Shown piece by piece: positions 12,201-23,803 of a DNA stretch of 64,000 nucleotides. The translations under genes were made by a program, and so were the position numbers. The notes under the pieces are model-generated. The model did no database searches, was not told the origin of the DNA, and saw only the letters and a program-made list of their open reading frames with translations. Source of the stretch: Lama glama (lineage: Eukaryota); assembly GCA_028534125.1 (NCBI GenBank), contig CM052830.1, forward strand, positions 23,498,001 through 23,562,000. The letters run 5' to 3'. The stretch's first letter is position 1. The number at the start of each line of letters is the position of its first letter.

Positions 12201-12749
12201 TCTCCTTAAATCTGGGGTCCTAGCCCCCAGTCCGCCCCACCCCGACCCTGACCATTGATAAGCACGTGGGGCCTCATGGGCTTTCTCTCCCAGTCTCGTG
12301 GGAGAGGGGCCAGCCTTTCTTCTTCCTTTTCCAGATCTCACGGTGGCTCCCCTTGGCAAGAGGCCAGGTTGCACGGGCAGAGAAACGCAGTAGGTGATGC
12401 TCATAGACTTTGCCCATCCCTGTGGCCCTTCTTAGGACCGAAGCTGAGAGGGCGCACAGAGAAAGGAGGTGTGTGGGGGGGCAGGGGTTTTATGAGTTTA
12501 TGGAGCTGTGACTCACCTTCTGTTGTTGTTGTTAAAATTTCATTCAAAATAACTAATCTCCCGTCGGTGCTAACTTCCTCCCTGGCTCTAACTGTTCCTT
12601 TGCATCCCATCCTCTCGGCTCACATAGCTTTGCTTTGCCTGATTCTTCTCTGCACGGAGCTTTGCAAAGTTCTGAAGTTTCATCCAAGTGACAGGTGGGC
12701 AGGGGCGGCAGGGCAGTGGAGGGAGCGTCCCGCTGTGGTTCCCCGCACC

Positions 12750-12910
12750 AAGGGGTCTCAAACTTGAGCACGGGTCAGGCTCCCCTGAAGGGCAGGCGGA
12801 TTGCTGGGCCTGCCCCCGGGCTCCTGGCTCCGTAGGTATGGGGTGGGGGGTGCGGGTCGAGGTTAGCATTTCCAGTGACGCTGGTCTGGGACTGCCTCTT
12901 AGCCCCACAG
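12750..12910. mobile_element. MER5A hAT-Charlie MITE
   Basis: TCTCAAACTTGAGC...GATTGCTGGGCC...GTAGGTATGGGGTGGGG...GCATTTC. Confidence 0.7.
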
Positions 12911-15081
12911 CCCTGAGACGTTCTGCTAGAAGAGCCCTGGAAGTTAATGAGAACTGAGTTCAAACCCAGCTCTGCTGTTTATCAGCCGTGTGGCCTTGGT
13001 AATAACTCACATAACAGCCGCGTGCGGGTGCGCTGATCTTGTGGCAGCAACGGGGCCGCGTTCTTTATTTGGCGTCACCTCTTTTAATCCTCGTGGGAAC
13101 GTAAAAGGAGCTTGGTGTTTTTAAGAACTCTGTCTGATGGACGCAGAGATGGGGGCTGAGGAGAGGAAACTTCTCCGGGTTCACACCACTCAAAAGTGAT
13201 AGAGGCGAGAATTTAAACGAAGTCTGACGGCCGAGGCGACAGAGATGGGGCAGGGGACTAACGGCCCTCTTGCAGCCCACGGTCTACTAATGAGCAGGCA
13301 GGCGAAGCACCCAGCGTGAGGCCTGGCGCAGCGTCTCTGCTCACAGAGGGGGGCCCGGCTCCCTGAGAGAAGACCCCTGATGAAGGTGGAAGAGGCAGGA
13401 GCTCCCTGATGGCTCAGCGTCCCCGTGAGCCGAGCCCAGCCCAGGGGTGGGGAGAAAGCAGGAAACGGTGGACTGAGTGTCTCGGGGCCAAGCTCTATTA
13501 GCCCCCCAGGGCCGGGTGGGTGGATCGGGGTCTGTTTCTGTGCCTGGAGAAGAGGACAGCCCACCGTCCCCGCGGGGATGCCCTCGATGAGGCGAGTGTT
13601 CGGGTCGGAGGCCTCACTGCGGCATCTCGGAGGCCTTGACAACTCCCATGGGAGACACGTGGCCTTTGGAGACCCGTATCAAGCCCTCCCCCGTCCTGTG
13701 TCCAGGCAGCTGCCAGCCCGGCAGAACCCGCCCAGACGCGGAGACAGAGCCTCAGTGTGCTCGCGTCCTGTTTTCTCCTCCCACTTTGCCCGCTGATCAT
13801 CTTGCTTCCCCACCACCTTTATTATACTCATTGTCCTGCAGAGTAAGCACCCCACGTATACACGTTTGGCACCAGGCAGGCTACAGTAAAACAGGGCGCC
13901 CTGGGGTGCAGCCTCCAAGCAGAGAGAGTACAGGGCATGCCCACCCTGGAGCCCAGAGCACCCCTCACAGGGCACGTCCAGGCCAGGCTCGCGGGACTGG
14001 GTGGCGGGGAGAGGCTCCTGGCTCCGTGAGGCTGCGCCTCGCTACGGGGAAGGGGTTCAGAGAGCAGCTCGTCCACCGGTTGAAGAAGAGCCCTGCCCCT
14101 CCAGGAGCTGCGTCCACCTGCCGGCCCGCCGCCTGGGAATGAGCGTCAGGGCCAGCCGGATGTGCTCCCCTAAGCCGTCTTCGTCGTCATGAAGAGGCCC
14201 TTCCCAGCGACCCGTCCCTTTAAACCCACGAAGCCTCCTCCACTCACCTCCTTGCGAGGGAGGGCTCGCCCGACCCTGAGCCTGCTGCTCTCAGCCCGCT
14301 GCCTTCCTCCTCCCGACAGTCTCCAGAGCGCACAGACCAGTGGGCGCTTTTAATCAGAAGCAGGTAAAGTGAGTTTTTTAAAGTGTCACTGCCCCTTTGG
14401 AGGGTCAGGCACGATGTCATCGTCAGGACAGAGAATCCTGGGAGGACAGAGTGTGGGGCGGATGAAGAGAGGTGGAAAGGGGACTCCCCTCAGAAGCACA
14501 GGGAGCCCTGTCTCTCGCTGACGGTGTGACCCTGGGCAGGCCACTTGCGTTTGTCTCCTTCGCCTGTGAAGTGGCGGCGAGCATCTGGAATCCGCCCTGC
14601 TAGGTGATGCGGGGCGGAGCTGCCGGCTTGGGGCAGAAGCTGGAGCAGTGCTGGGGGGCGCAAGTCCCTGTAGTGGCCCGTATCTGAGCAGAGCTTTGCA
14701 GTTTTCAAAGCAGTTTGTCATAGTTACCAGGCTGAGTGTCAACGGTCACCAGCAACATAAGCAGAGAGGGAGCCCCTGGCCCCCGACCGTGCAGAGCAGG
14801 GTCTGGGTCTCCAGGGAACAGCCGGGCGGTGCGGCGTGCCCCCGGCTCGGGGTGGCTCTGACCGCTGCCGGCCCTCCAGCTCTTCCGCGCTGTCAGGAAT
14901 GGAGGCCTAATTCAACGCCGGCTTGTCTTCAACAGCTTTGAGACGCCCTTTTCACCACGAGCGCCCAAAACAGCTTGCCAGGAAACAGCAAGTTGCTTAT
15001 CGGGGCGCAGGGGAAATGTTCCCAAGCACAGCCCTGGCTTTCTGTGGAATTTATCCCCGCGTCTCCTCCTCTCCAGCTCTG

Positions 15082-15082
<1 letters not shown>

Positions 15083-15128
<46 letters not shown>
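15083..15128. repeat. (CA)23 microsatellite
   Basis: Perfect CA repeat, read directly from the sequence. Confidence 0.98.
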
Positions 15129-15131
<3 letters not shown>

Positions 15132-16364
15132 ATCACTACAAATACCACATGATGAAGACATAACCATTAGAAATACCCTGACATGGGCAAGTTCGAGGAA
15201 ATGCCACCCTCCTCCGGGACCACATTCTGCGCACCTGCAAAGCTGGAGACGGTTTTTTCTGACCTCCAGACACCACTCCCACCGTGAGTGTCGCAGCGCC
15301 ATAAGCAGTTCGCAGACCCCCCGTCAGGGGTGCTGACCCGGGAAGTCGGAGGGGGGCCTCTAGGGACGCTAGCGCTGGAGGGGGAGGACCACGGCCTTCA
15401 TCCAGCCTTCACCACCCAGGTACTGACAAACGCATGCGCCAAGCCTGCCCCGTAAATCACTCCTCCATCCCCCACAATTGAATCCCTCAGGGTTCACACC
15501 TTGGAGAAAGCGGAGCGTTTCCTTGACAACAGATGACTAACTTAGACGTCCCTGTGAACAGGTGGGAGACAGGAAGGGGCAAGAGACAAGACATGGGCAG
15601 GTGCCAGGTTGAAACCACAAGCTCTCGGCAGCCAGTCACAGGGGCGCACACTGGAGGGGAGGCTCCTGGGGCTCAGGCAGAGAAACGCCGGCCGTGGAAG
15701 CCCAGGTGGAAGCAGGGAGCCCTAAGGAACTCACGGGCAAGTCATTGCAAGTCTGTCCTGATGCTAATTTTTGGAATTAAACTATTGAAAGAAGTTGTGG
15801 TCAGAAGGAAAATTTGGTTTTGAATAACTCTCCTGAATAGGAAACAAACGGAGAAGGCAGCACTGGAGGCCAGCAGCTGGTTAGACGTGGGGCTCCAGAA
15901 GGAGGGCTTGGCCGGCCGATGGGTCTGGGGAGAGCGCACAGCGGGCAGGACCTGACCCCAGGTTCACGACCCCAGTTCTTAGCAAGTTCATTTCAGGCCA
16001 CCTGGGCTTGGCCCCAGGCCCTCTGTCTTTCCCCTCACATTCCCCTCTGGGGCCTCTGCTCCAACCAGCCTCCAGCCACGGAACCACGTCTTGTGACACC
16101 TCACCTTGTCTAACACAAGTCCATCTCCAAATTCAGCTTTTGACCCTAAATCCAGCTCAGATCGCGTCTCTGTGGGCTCTGACAACACCAGCAGAAGGCG
16201 CTCTCCCTCCCACAGGTCTCACATCCTTGTACCTAGCTGTGCCTCCCGCACGTCCCGGGCAAGGGTGAGAGCCTTCAGACGGCCTTCGAGGAACGGGAGC
16301 TTCATGGTGGAGCCTAAACCATGGGTTCCAGGTGCTTCCTCAGTTGGACTTACCGTCGGCACCG

Positions 16365-16509
16365 AGGTGCACACCTTGGCTGCACCATCAGAGCCACCTG
16401 GGGAGCCTTAAACAACTCTGACACCTGCCCCTGCCCTGGATCAACTAAAACCAAGTCTCCGCAGGGCAACCACGTCCCTTCAAGAGCCCCGAGGGCTGAG
16501 AACCACTGG
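16365..16509. mobile_element. MER5-family MITE
   Basis: CCTTGGCTGCACCATCAGAGCCACCTGGGGAGCCTTAAA...GGGCTGAGAACCACTG. Confidence 0.7.
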
Positions 16510-17319
16510 GATAGGCCGCTCCTCCCCCTCTGCCATGGAAGGGCGGTCAGAGAGTGACACTGCTCCCCTGCGCCCTGACGCTGTAGCACTCAGCGCATGG
16601 CGGCTATGCCTGCTCTTTTCTGTTCCTTACTCCTTCAGGAGTGGAGAAAAATGCTCCAAGACTCTGTGAAACCTGCAACTAGCCACAGACCCAGGGACAG
16701 CTGCCAAGGATGGCGAGCACCACTGTGCCCACCCCTCCATACCGTGTCCTTGCAGACGTTGCTGGTCAATCGTGGCACACCTGCCCTCTGAACCAGAAGT
16801 GTCCACGCAGGGCTTCGCACCCCCTGGGCTCCGGGCAGCTGGGATCCACTGAATTGGAGCTGGCGTCCTGGTTGGAGCCTCTTTGTTATCCTTGGTGCAG
16901 AGAGGCAACATCATAGGGTTAAGGAGAAGCAGGGTTAGCAGGCGTTGTGCCCTGAGTTTTTAAGGTCACGTCAAGAAGGCCAACCACAGGCTTCCCCTAA
17001 ATGTCCCTTGAGGTTCTCAGGGCCTAACCTAAAATGAGAAAGGCAATTCAGAGCTTCTTTGCAGTGAGTTAATTCATTCATCTTTCTTATAAACTAGGTG
17101 TGGTCTCTCCTGGGCTCCCCTGGCTGGCCTTGGGCAAGGAGGGCTGAGTGGAGATGGCAGGCTGTCAGATAAGGATGACCCACGTGTGCTTTTAAACAAA
17201 GCTGGCAGCATCGCCAACCTCCCTACCACCTGTGCACCTTCTGGAAACACCCTCCTTCTACTGGTGAGGTGGGCTCCTTCCCATCCCTCTTCCAAGAGGT
17301 CCTGGCTGCCGACTCGCTA

Positions 17320-17700
17320 ACCTTAGCTCCACTTCTCAAACTGTGTTCCAAATGCCCTTCCGAATACCTCTCACCCTGGCATTCAAGACCCCAGAGCACC
17401 CGGCCCCAGCCTAACCCTCCAGCCCGATCCCCCTCTTCACTCTACCCCAGGTTCCGACTCTCTCCTGAATGGGTCTGGTCCTTCACGCATTTATCTGCAC
17501 CTGAAATGTCCTTGCTTCCATGTCTATCTGCTAAGATCTTACTGCACATTGAGACGCCCTCACCTCACGCCTCCTGCACGAGGCTCCCACCTCACTGTTT
17601 CTCCTTGTCTTGTCCCCCCCTTGCTCCTCTGTCCTTCCACTTCAGCGAAGCGGGCGGTGTGACTGCTCCTCATGCGCCCACAGAGCACAAGGCATCATCC
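17320..17700 (+). mobile_element. L2 fragment
   Basis: Pyrimidine-rich tract with CCCTGGCATTCAAGACCC...CTGCACCTGAAATGTCCTT. It accounts for the 224-aa ORF at 17269. Confidence 0.55.
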
Positions 17701-18389
17701 CCGCCAGCGGCGCTAGGGCGCCGGTGTGACTTCACCTCGAGGCACTCCTGCTGTGTGGACAGCGCTGCCTACATCCTGCTCACGAGGAGGCCGCCCACCG
17801 TTGCAGCGCGTGGTGTGGCTGAGCCCGTCAGCAGCAGCGCGGGGCGCAGACGCCACGTCTCCCGGGCCTTCCCCGGTGCTGACTTTTATTCTGTCCTCCC
17901 TCGTCTCCACGGCAGAATTTCCCCTTGTCTGCCTTGTACCTAGGGTTTGCAGTCAGACAATACAAGCCCCCCAACCTGTTCCATCACTGTGCCGCTCTGG
18001 CAGTTGCTGTGACCTCCCTGGCGCCATGTTCTCGGCTCTCGGGGAGGGTTAAAGTGGTGCCCGCCCCGCGCAGCCCACAGAGGAGCGCTCCCCTCCCCGC
18101 GGCTGTCAGCCTCGTCTTTGTGCCTCTGCAGCACCTGGTTGGCACTGGGCCTAACATACTAACATTCAGTAAGTCCTTATAATTCAATTACATGACATTA
18201 AATTAAATGAGTCAATAGAGTTGGAAAAAGCCCAACACCTCACTTTGGGGCCCAGAATTGACTGCTCCCAACAGCATCGCTGGTAGCTTGTTTGCCGTTC
18301 GCTTTGTTAAGCACATTCCTTCACAGAGAGACAGCGAAGGCGCCTGGGAAGGCGGGGGAAGGGTGTGGGAAGATGCTGGAATCCGAGAA

Positions 18390-18760
18390 GGAGCTCAGAT
18401 TGTTGGTCGAACATACTGCTGTCTGTGTGGAAAATGTTCACAGCAGTTACAGCTTTGGATGAATATGCACTAGCGGCAGGGCTGCGGCTCGCCGGCGCGC
18501 GGCGCCCGGAGACTTGGCAGGGTGGGTAATTATCTCCACATCCTGCGCCTTGTCTCTTTCTCTTCTTAATTAAGTAACTGATCTGGTGGAGGAGAGCTCT
18601 GTGTTTGTTTGCCAGGTGCAGCCTTGTGACAGTTGTCTGGAGAAGTTTCCTGGAAATCCATGAGCCTTTTCAAAAACAAACTGCTCGGAGCGGAGCCGAC
18701 CTGCTGGAGCACAAGGCCCCGCGGCAGTTGCCGCATCTCTCAGACGGTGGGGGTCCTGCT
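18390..18760. promoter_or_regulatory. Putative conserved enhancer with a CpG-rich core
   Basis: Unique sequence with GGGTAATTA, TTAATTAA, TGTTTGTT, TGACAG and STAT-type TTCCTGGAA, plus a local CpG cluster. Confidence 0.45.
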
Positions 18761-19551
18761 GCGGGTCCCATCGGGGCTCTCGGCTTCGGGGCGGCGGGGG
18801 CGGGGGCTGCAAAGGGCGCCTTCCCTGTGGAAAAGAGGGGGGTCAGAGGTCAGAACCGGAGCAGCAATGCGCTCTCCTTCTAGCTTGCTTCCTTCCGGAC
18901 TTCCCTACCTGAGCGGACCTTCCCTCTCGGCTCTTCCAAGCTCTCTGAGAAGGAATTGATTAAACAAGCTAAGTGCCCTTCACTCACTGGAGGCTGACCA
19001 CGTGGCTCGTGGGCAGACCTGCTGACGCAGAGGCGCCTGGCTGGGCTGGCTGGCACCCAGGGTGAAACTCCCAGGGCCCTGACCGATGACCCAGGTCAGT
19101 GACCCGGGCAGTGCTGGGTCCGCAGTGCTGCAGCGTGGCCCCGGCCAAGCGCACAGACCACCATTGTGATGTCTCCTCCAGGCTGTCCAAAGGCCAAGTG
19201 GCTGGCCTGGGGGGCGAGGGGTGGCGCAGCTTCTTTTGGGGTCCATGGGTTAATGCGAGAGAGGGGCAGAAAGGGCCAGGCCAGAGATGGGAGGACACTG
19301 TGGATCTAGGAACAGCAAGCGAGGGAGCTCCCAAGGAAGTGCTGGTGGCCACACTGAGTTTGTCAGGCACACCTGAGTGGGTCCCGGTGCTGTCAGTTGT
19401 GAGGCGAGTCCACCTCACAGGTGCGCAGTGAGGCGCAGGCTGCACGGCTCTGCTTAGGTGGCTCTGCTGCCTCTCGGGGCTCTTGCTTTGACCCTTAGGG
19501 TCAGTTTTTTTACTTGAGGTGATGGGCTTGCCCTCTGCATATTTGTGTACC

Positions 19552-19553
<2 letters not shown>

Positions 19554-19584
<31 letters not shown>

Positions 19585-19639
19585 GACACATACACACACA
19601 GACACACACACACACAAAGACACACACACAGACACACAC
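19554..19639. repeat. Compound (CA)n microsatellite
   Basis: CA repeat interrupted by AAGA, TA and GA. Confidence 0.95.
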
Positions 19640-19709
19640 CCCAATTCGGTAAACTAAGCTGTCAGAGTCCCCGCGTGAGTGGCCCTCCCCAGGGGTGCTG
19701 GGGTGCTAG

Positions 19710-20316
19710 GGGAGGTAGAAGCCTGATGACCCCCTAGACGCCTGGGCCCTGGCGCATGCATAACTGCTCTCCGTCACCTCTGATCTTAGTACTGCCAGGA
19801 AGGGGTTTTGCAGGTGTAATTACGATCCCTAATCAGTTGACTTTAAAACAGCATTTATTGGGTGGGGCTGACCTAATCCCACGGGCCTTTTAGAAGCAGA
19901 GAGAGACTCTTCTCCAGCTGGTTGCAGAACAGAACATTAGAAATCTGCAGTGTGGGAAGGACTCAACACAGTGTCTCCAGCTTGAAGATGGAGGGGACAC
20001 ACAGCAAGAAATTGGGGTGGCCTTTAGAAGCTGAGAGCAGCCCCCCAGTGACAGCCAGCCAGAAAGCAGGGTCCTCGGTCCCACAACCACAAGGAACTGA
20101 ACTCTGTCAACCACAAGAGCGAGCTTGAAAGAGGGCTTTTCCTCAGTGCCCCCTGATGAGAGCTCAGCCTGGCCAACACCTGATTCCGGTGGTGTCACAC
20201 CTGGAGCAGAGAACCTGGCCACGCTTCCGGCCCACAGGACCCTGAGCTACAGGGGGCGCCCTTGGAAGACACTGTGCTTGTGCTGATTTGTTATGCAGCG
20301 GTGGAAAACCGCTACA
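19710..20316 (+). mobile_element. MaLR solo LTR (MLT1E-like)
   Basis: TTTGCAGGTGTAATTA...CTAATCAGTTGACTTT...CTTGAAGATGGAGGGG...CACAAGGAACTGAACTCTG...TTTGTTATGCAGC...GAAAACCGCTACA. Confidence 0.85.
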
Positions 20317-20964
20317 GGTGTGAAGCCTCCCACCTGGCCTATGAGAAAAAGTGCATTAAAAAGCTCTGCTCTTACTTTTAAACCTGGGCGTATGGCGCTC
20401 AGACTCCAGGCCAGGTTGTACCACCGGCTTGCTTAGTGATGATCTCAAGAAAATCATGTCCACTCTCTGGGCCTTAATCTCCTCTTCTGCAAGAGTTGGA
20501 GTGGGACTCCATGTTCCTGAAGGTCCTTTGTGGCTACAGACGCTGACGTAAAGAAATGCATGGAGATGACCACCTGGATGCTACAGCTTCCTCTGCATGA
20601 GATCTCTGGCTTCAAGGTCAGAGCAATCATCTCGTGAGACTGTTCCTGCATTGCCCTAATCTGCTCAGACACCACTCATGATCTCCACTGCCCACAGGAA
20701 AAAGGAGGACCCTCCTCTTTTTGCTGTTCAGGGTCTAGATAATTTGGGCCCGACCTCTGACCCGAGGTCCCCCTGCTCCCCTCCGCACTCCTGTGCTTCC
20801 CATGGACTGCGTACCACCACTGGTCCCTGCGTTCACTTTTCTCTCCTCCAATTTCTATGTTCTCCATCTCTGTTAACCAAAAAATCAGGCAAGTAAGCTT
20901 CCCATTTTCCAAGGTTTAGCTCGGGACCTATCTGCTCCAGGCAACCTTCCTGGCATTTCTACAC

Positions 20965-21400
20965 GAGTAAGTCTCTCGATAGCAATGATAAGAAACTCAA
21001 CTCAAACTAGCCTGAGAAGAAAAAAACGGAGACTAGTGGTTCATCTCATGACGAAGTCTAAGGTCACCTTTAGCCCTGGATAGACCCAGGGGGACAAATG
21101 GTGTGTTTGGAACTTTGCGGCTCCCCATCTACCTTTTTCCTTTGTTTTCCTCTGTAAGTCAGGGTCCTTCCTCACATAAGGTGAAAGAAAATATGGCCCC
21201 CAGCAGCCCCATGCCTGGTTCTTTGAAATTTAAAAGCAAGATGTGTCCCTTCTCCTCCCAGCATCTTTGGATTAAAGATCAGAGGAGACTGGTCCCCCAT
21301 GGTCAGGATCCATCCCAGACCAGCCACTGAGCTCGTGCTGGAAGACCCTTCTCTGACTGGTCAGAGGGCGTCTGCCTCAGCCTTGGTTGGAGAAGGGGCG
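20965..21400 (-). mobile_element. MaLR LTR (MLT1K-like)
   Basis: AGAAACTCAACTCAAACTAGCCTGAG...ATGGCCCCCAGCAGC. Confidence 0.6.
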
Positions 21401-21589
21401 CTGTGAACCTCACCCTGACCACGTGGGCCGGAGGAGGAGGAGCCCTCCCAGGAAAGGCAGGACGGCCAGCAGACGCCAGAGAGAAACAGGAAATGCCCGT
21501 GCTGCCCTCACCTTGCTCTGCTCTGGCCTCCCACTAGCTTCCCATCTTTCCGTTCGTTTGTCACAACCACACGCTGCCCTGCACAGAGA

Positions 21590-21870
21590 CGTGTGTGCAG
21601 CCGATCTGATCACACAGCAATTTACAGATGCAGAGAAGGTGCAACTAGTTGTTTCCTTCCATACAGAACCCGATTTTCCTCCCGACCTTAATAAGCAGGG
21701 GAAAAGATGAATTGTTTAATATGATTGAATATAGTTGGCTCTGATCAATTTAAACAGTCCCATTAGGAAAATTTTTATTCATTTGTGTAAAAATACTCAG
21801 CTGTTGCACTTGCTAAGATAGAGTCCAGGTGTATGTGGGGGGGGGCTTACAAAATCTTTATAAGTCTGTG
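21590..21870. promoter_or_regulatory. Putative conserved non-coding element
   Basis: AT-rich unique island (TGATTGA, ATCAAT, TAAACA, TTTTATT) in a GC-rich background. Confidence 0.45.
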
Positions 21871-22155
21871 TGAGAGTTGGGGATGAGTCTGGTCCCCGGG
21901 CAGAACTCCCTCTGCACCCCCTGCCTTGTCTGCCTGGTCGGGGCTCACTGCCCGAGCCTGTGGCCACGAAGGACCTTGGCTTGGCCAGGGCCCACGGACA
22001 CCCTTGGCTCACTCAGCCTCTCTAGCTCCCACAGGATGCAGTCCTGTTGGGGAGGGGGGAGGGACAGCCAGATCTGTGTCCAGCCCACTGGCCCTGCAGT
22101 CCACTCCTTGCCTCGCTGAGGGGCTCACCTCTCGCTGCTGCAGTGGACTATATAA

Positions 22156-22194
22156 TGTGTGTGCGTGCGTGTACGTGTGTGTGTGTGTGTGTGT
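22156..22194. repeat. Imperfect (TG)n microsatellite
   Basis: TG repeat with CG and TA interruptions, followed by G-runs. Confidence 0.9.
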
Positions 22195-22319
22195 GGCGGG
22201 GTGGGGGTGGGGGTCAGCGGAGTCCTCCACTCATATCACCCCCTTTCTGTCTCCAAATCTCTGCTGAGCCTTAATGGCCAGCAGGGCACATGGTCTGTCC
22301 GCTCACTAGGAGGACTCTG

Positions 22320-22600
22320 TGAACCAAGGCAGCTGCTATGCAAATGGCAGAGATAAAGGAGTTTAGAAATCCTCTTTGAGACAATAGCTCGGCTTACAAA
22401 ACTATTGCCCCAACGCGTAATCCTATTTTGTGTGTCAATAACTGAATATTGCCTCAGTCTCTCTTTCCACATCCCTTTTGAAACAGACTAATCCCCGTCC
22501 AGGCAGACAGTTCCCCGGGATGGACAAGGACGGTCGGTCACCCGCCATGCCGGCGAAAGGGGAAGAACATTAAAAATGAAAACCATCAGCCGCACCACGC
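22320..22600. promoter_or_regulatory. Putative enhancer (octamer, E-box, GATA, SOX, TAATCC)
   Basis: CAGCTG 22330, ATGCAAAT 22338, AGATAA 22351, ACAATAG 22381, TAATCC at 22418 and 22489. Confidence 0.45.
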
Positions 22601-23629
22601 GTGCACCGCTCGTTTCCTCTGCCAAACTGCCTGCTCTGGGAGGCGGAAGCCTGGAGGCACCCCTCAGCACCCCGTGCAGTGCCCCTTGCCGGGCTGCCAT
22701 GCAGTAAGTGTTCCCTGGCTGGGCAGAGCTTTGCTCTGCGAGCAAGATTTAGATCACTTCATTTTGCGAAATGCCGTATGCCATTAACCCCATTAGTTAA
22801 TTCCTGCGGCAGGCGGTTCCTGGGCCCCTGCTGGGAGCCTGGCGCTGTACTGGGTGCTGTAGGGACCCAAAGATGGACTGGAACTGGTAGGCGTGCTGCT
22901 TGCAGCGACACCCACGATTCAAACAACGACCTCAAACTGGAGGGACTCCTGAGTAACAGAGTGGATGTTAGGAGCTCCTGGGAGCTCCTCCCTCCCGCCC
23001 ACACTGCCCTCCAGGTCCTGCAAGCCTGCTTGACATGTTCTGCTGGTCCCCAACGCCCTGTTTCCTGCACCCTCCCCTGTTGATGTCAAGCATGTAAAGG
23101 CCTCCGTTTCTTGGAACATCCTTAGTGTGTCACTGCTTGACCCGATCTATAAATGTTGGTGCCCGCAGCGCCAACTCCCTGACGCTTGGTGGAGAGGCCA
23201 CCCTAGAAGTGTGGTTCAGTTGAGCCCCTGATTTGTTTCTTGGGTTACAGACCACTGGGAATCCTTAATGGAAGTAGCTTCTCCGGTGACCCAGGCAACG
23301 TGGAGAGGGCAGAAGCTCGCTAAATCCTTTCCTCCTCGGTTTTTTTGGCCATAACTGCTCTGCTCTTCGTGGCCTCCACTCAAAGGCAGGCGTGCCTGGG
23401 GGTTGATTCTGGCTTTGAGACGCTCACACAGGCTGAGCGTACATTTCGGACCCACTGTAGCTAAAATACGCAAATGAGGCTGCAGTAATTTTAGGATAGC
23501 AAATGGATGATTGCAAAGGGGACTAGGAGGATGCTGGTTTCGCCGACAAAGGAAGGGCGAAAGTTTGCCAAGGGGCTTTGCCAGAGATGACAAAGCTGCC
23601 GGGCGATTTGGTATGGGAGACGTTCTCCA

Positions 23630-23803
23630 GCATCGTGGGATGGAAGGAGCACCAAACCTGGAGAGTCAACTTTAAACTCGGCCTGAATCTGACAGTGAGT
23701 GGCTGTGTGACCTTGGAAAAGTCACTGTCCATCTCTGGGGTTTTTTCCCATTGGCAAAACAAGGCAATTGGACTTAATAATTTCCAAAATTCTTTCCAGA
23801 TCC
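23630..23803 (+). mobile_element. MIR/MIR3 SINE
   Basis: GGCTGTGTGACCTTGGAAAAGTCACT...CTCTGGG core. Confidence 0.65.
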
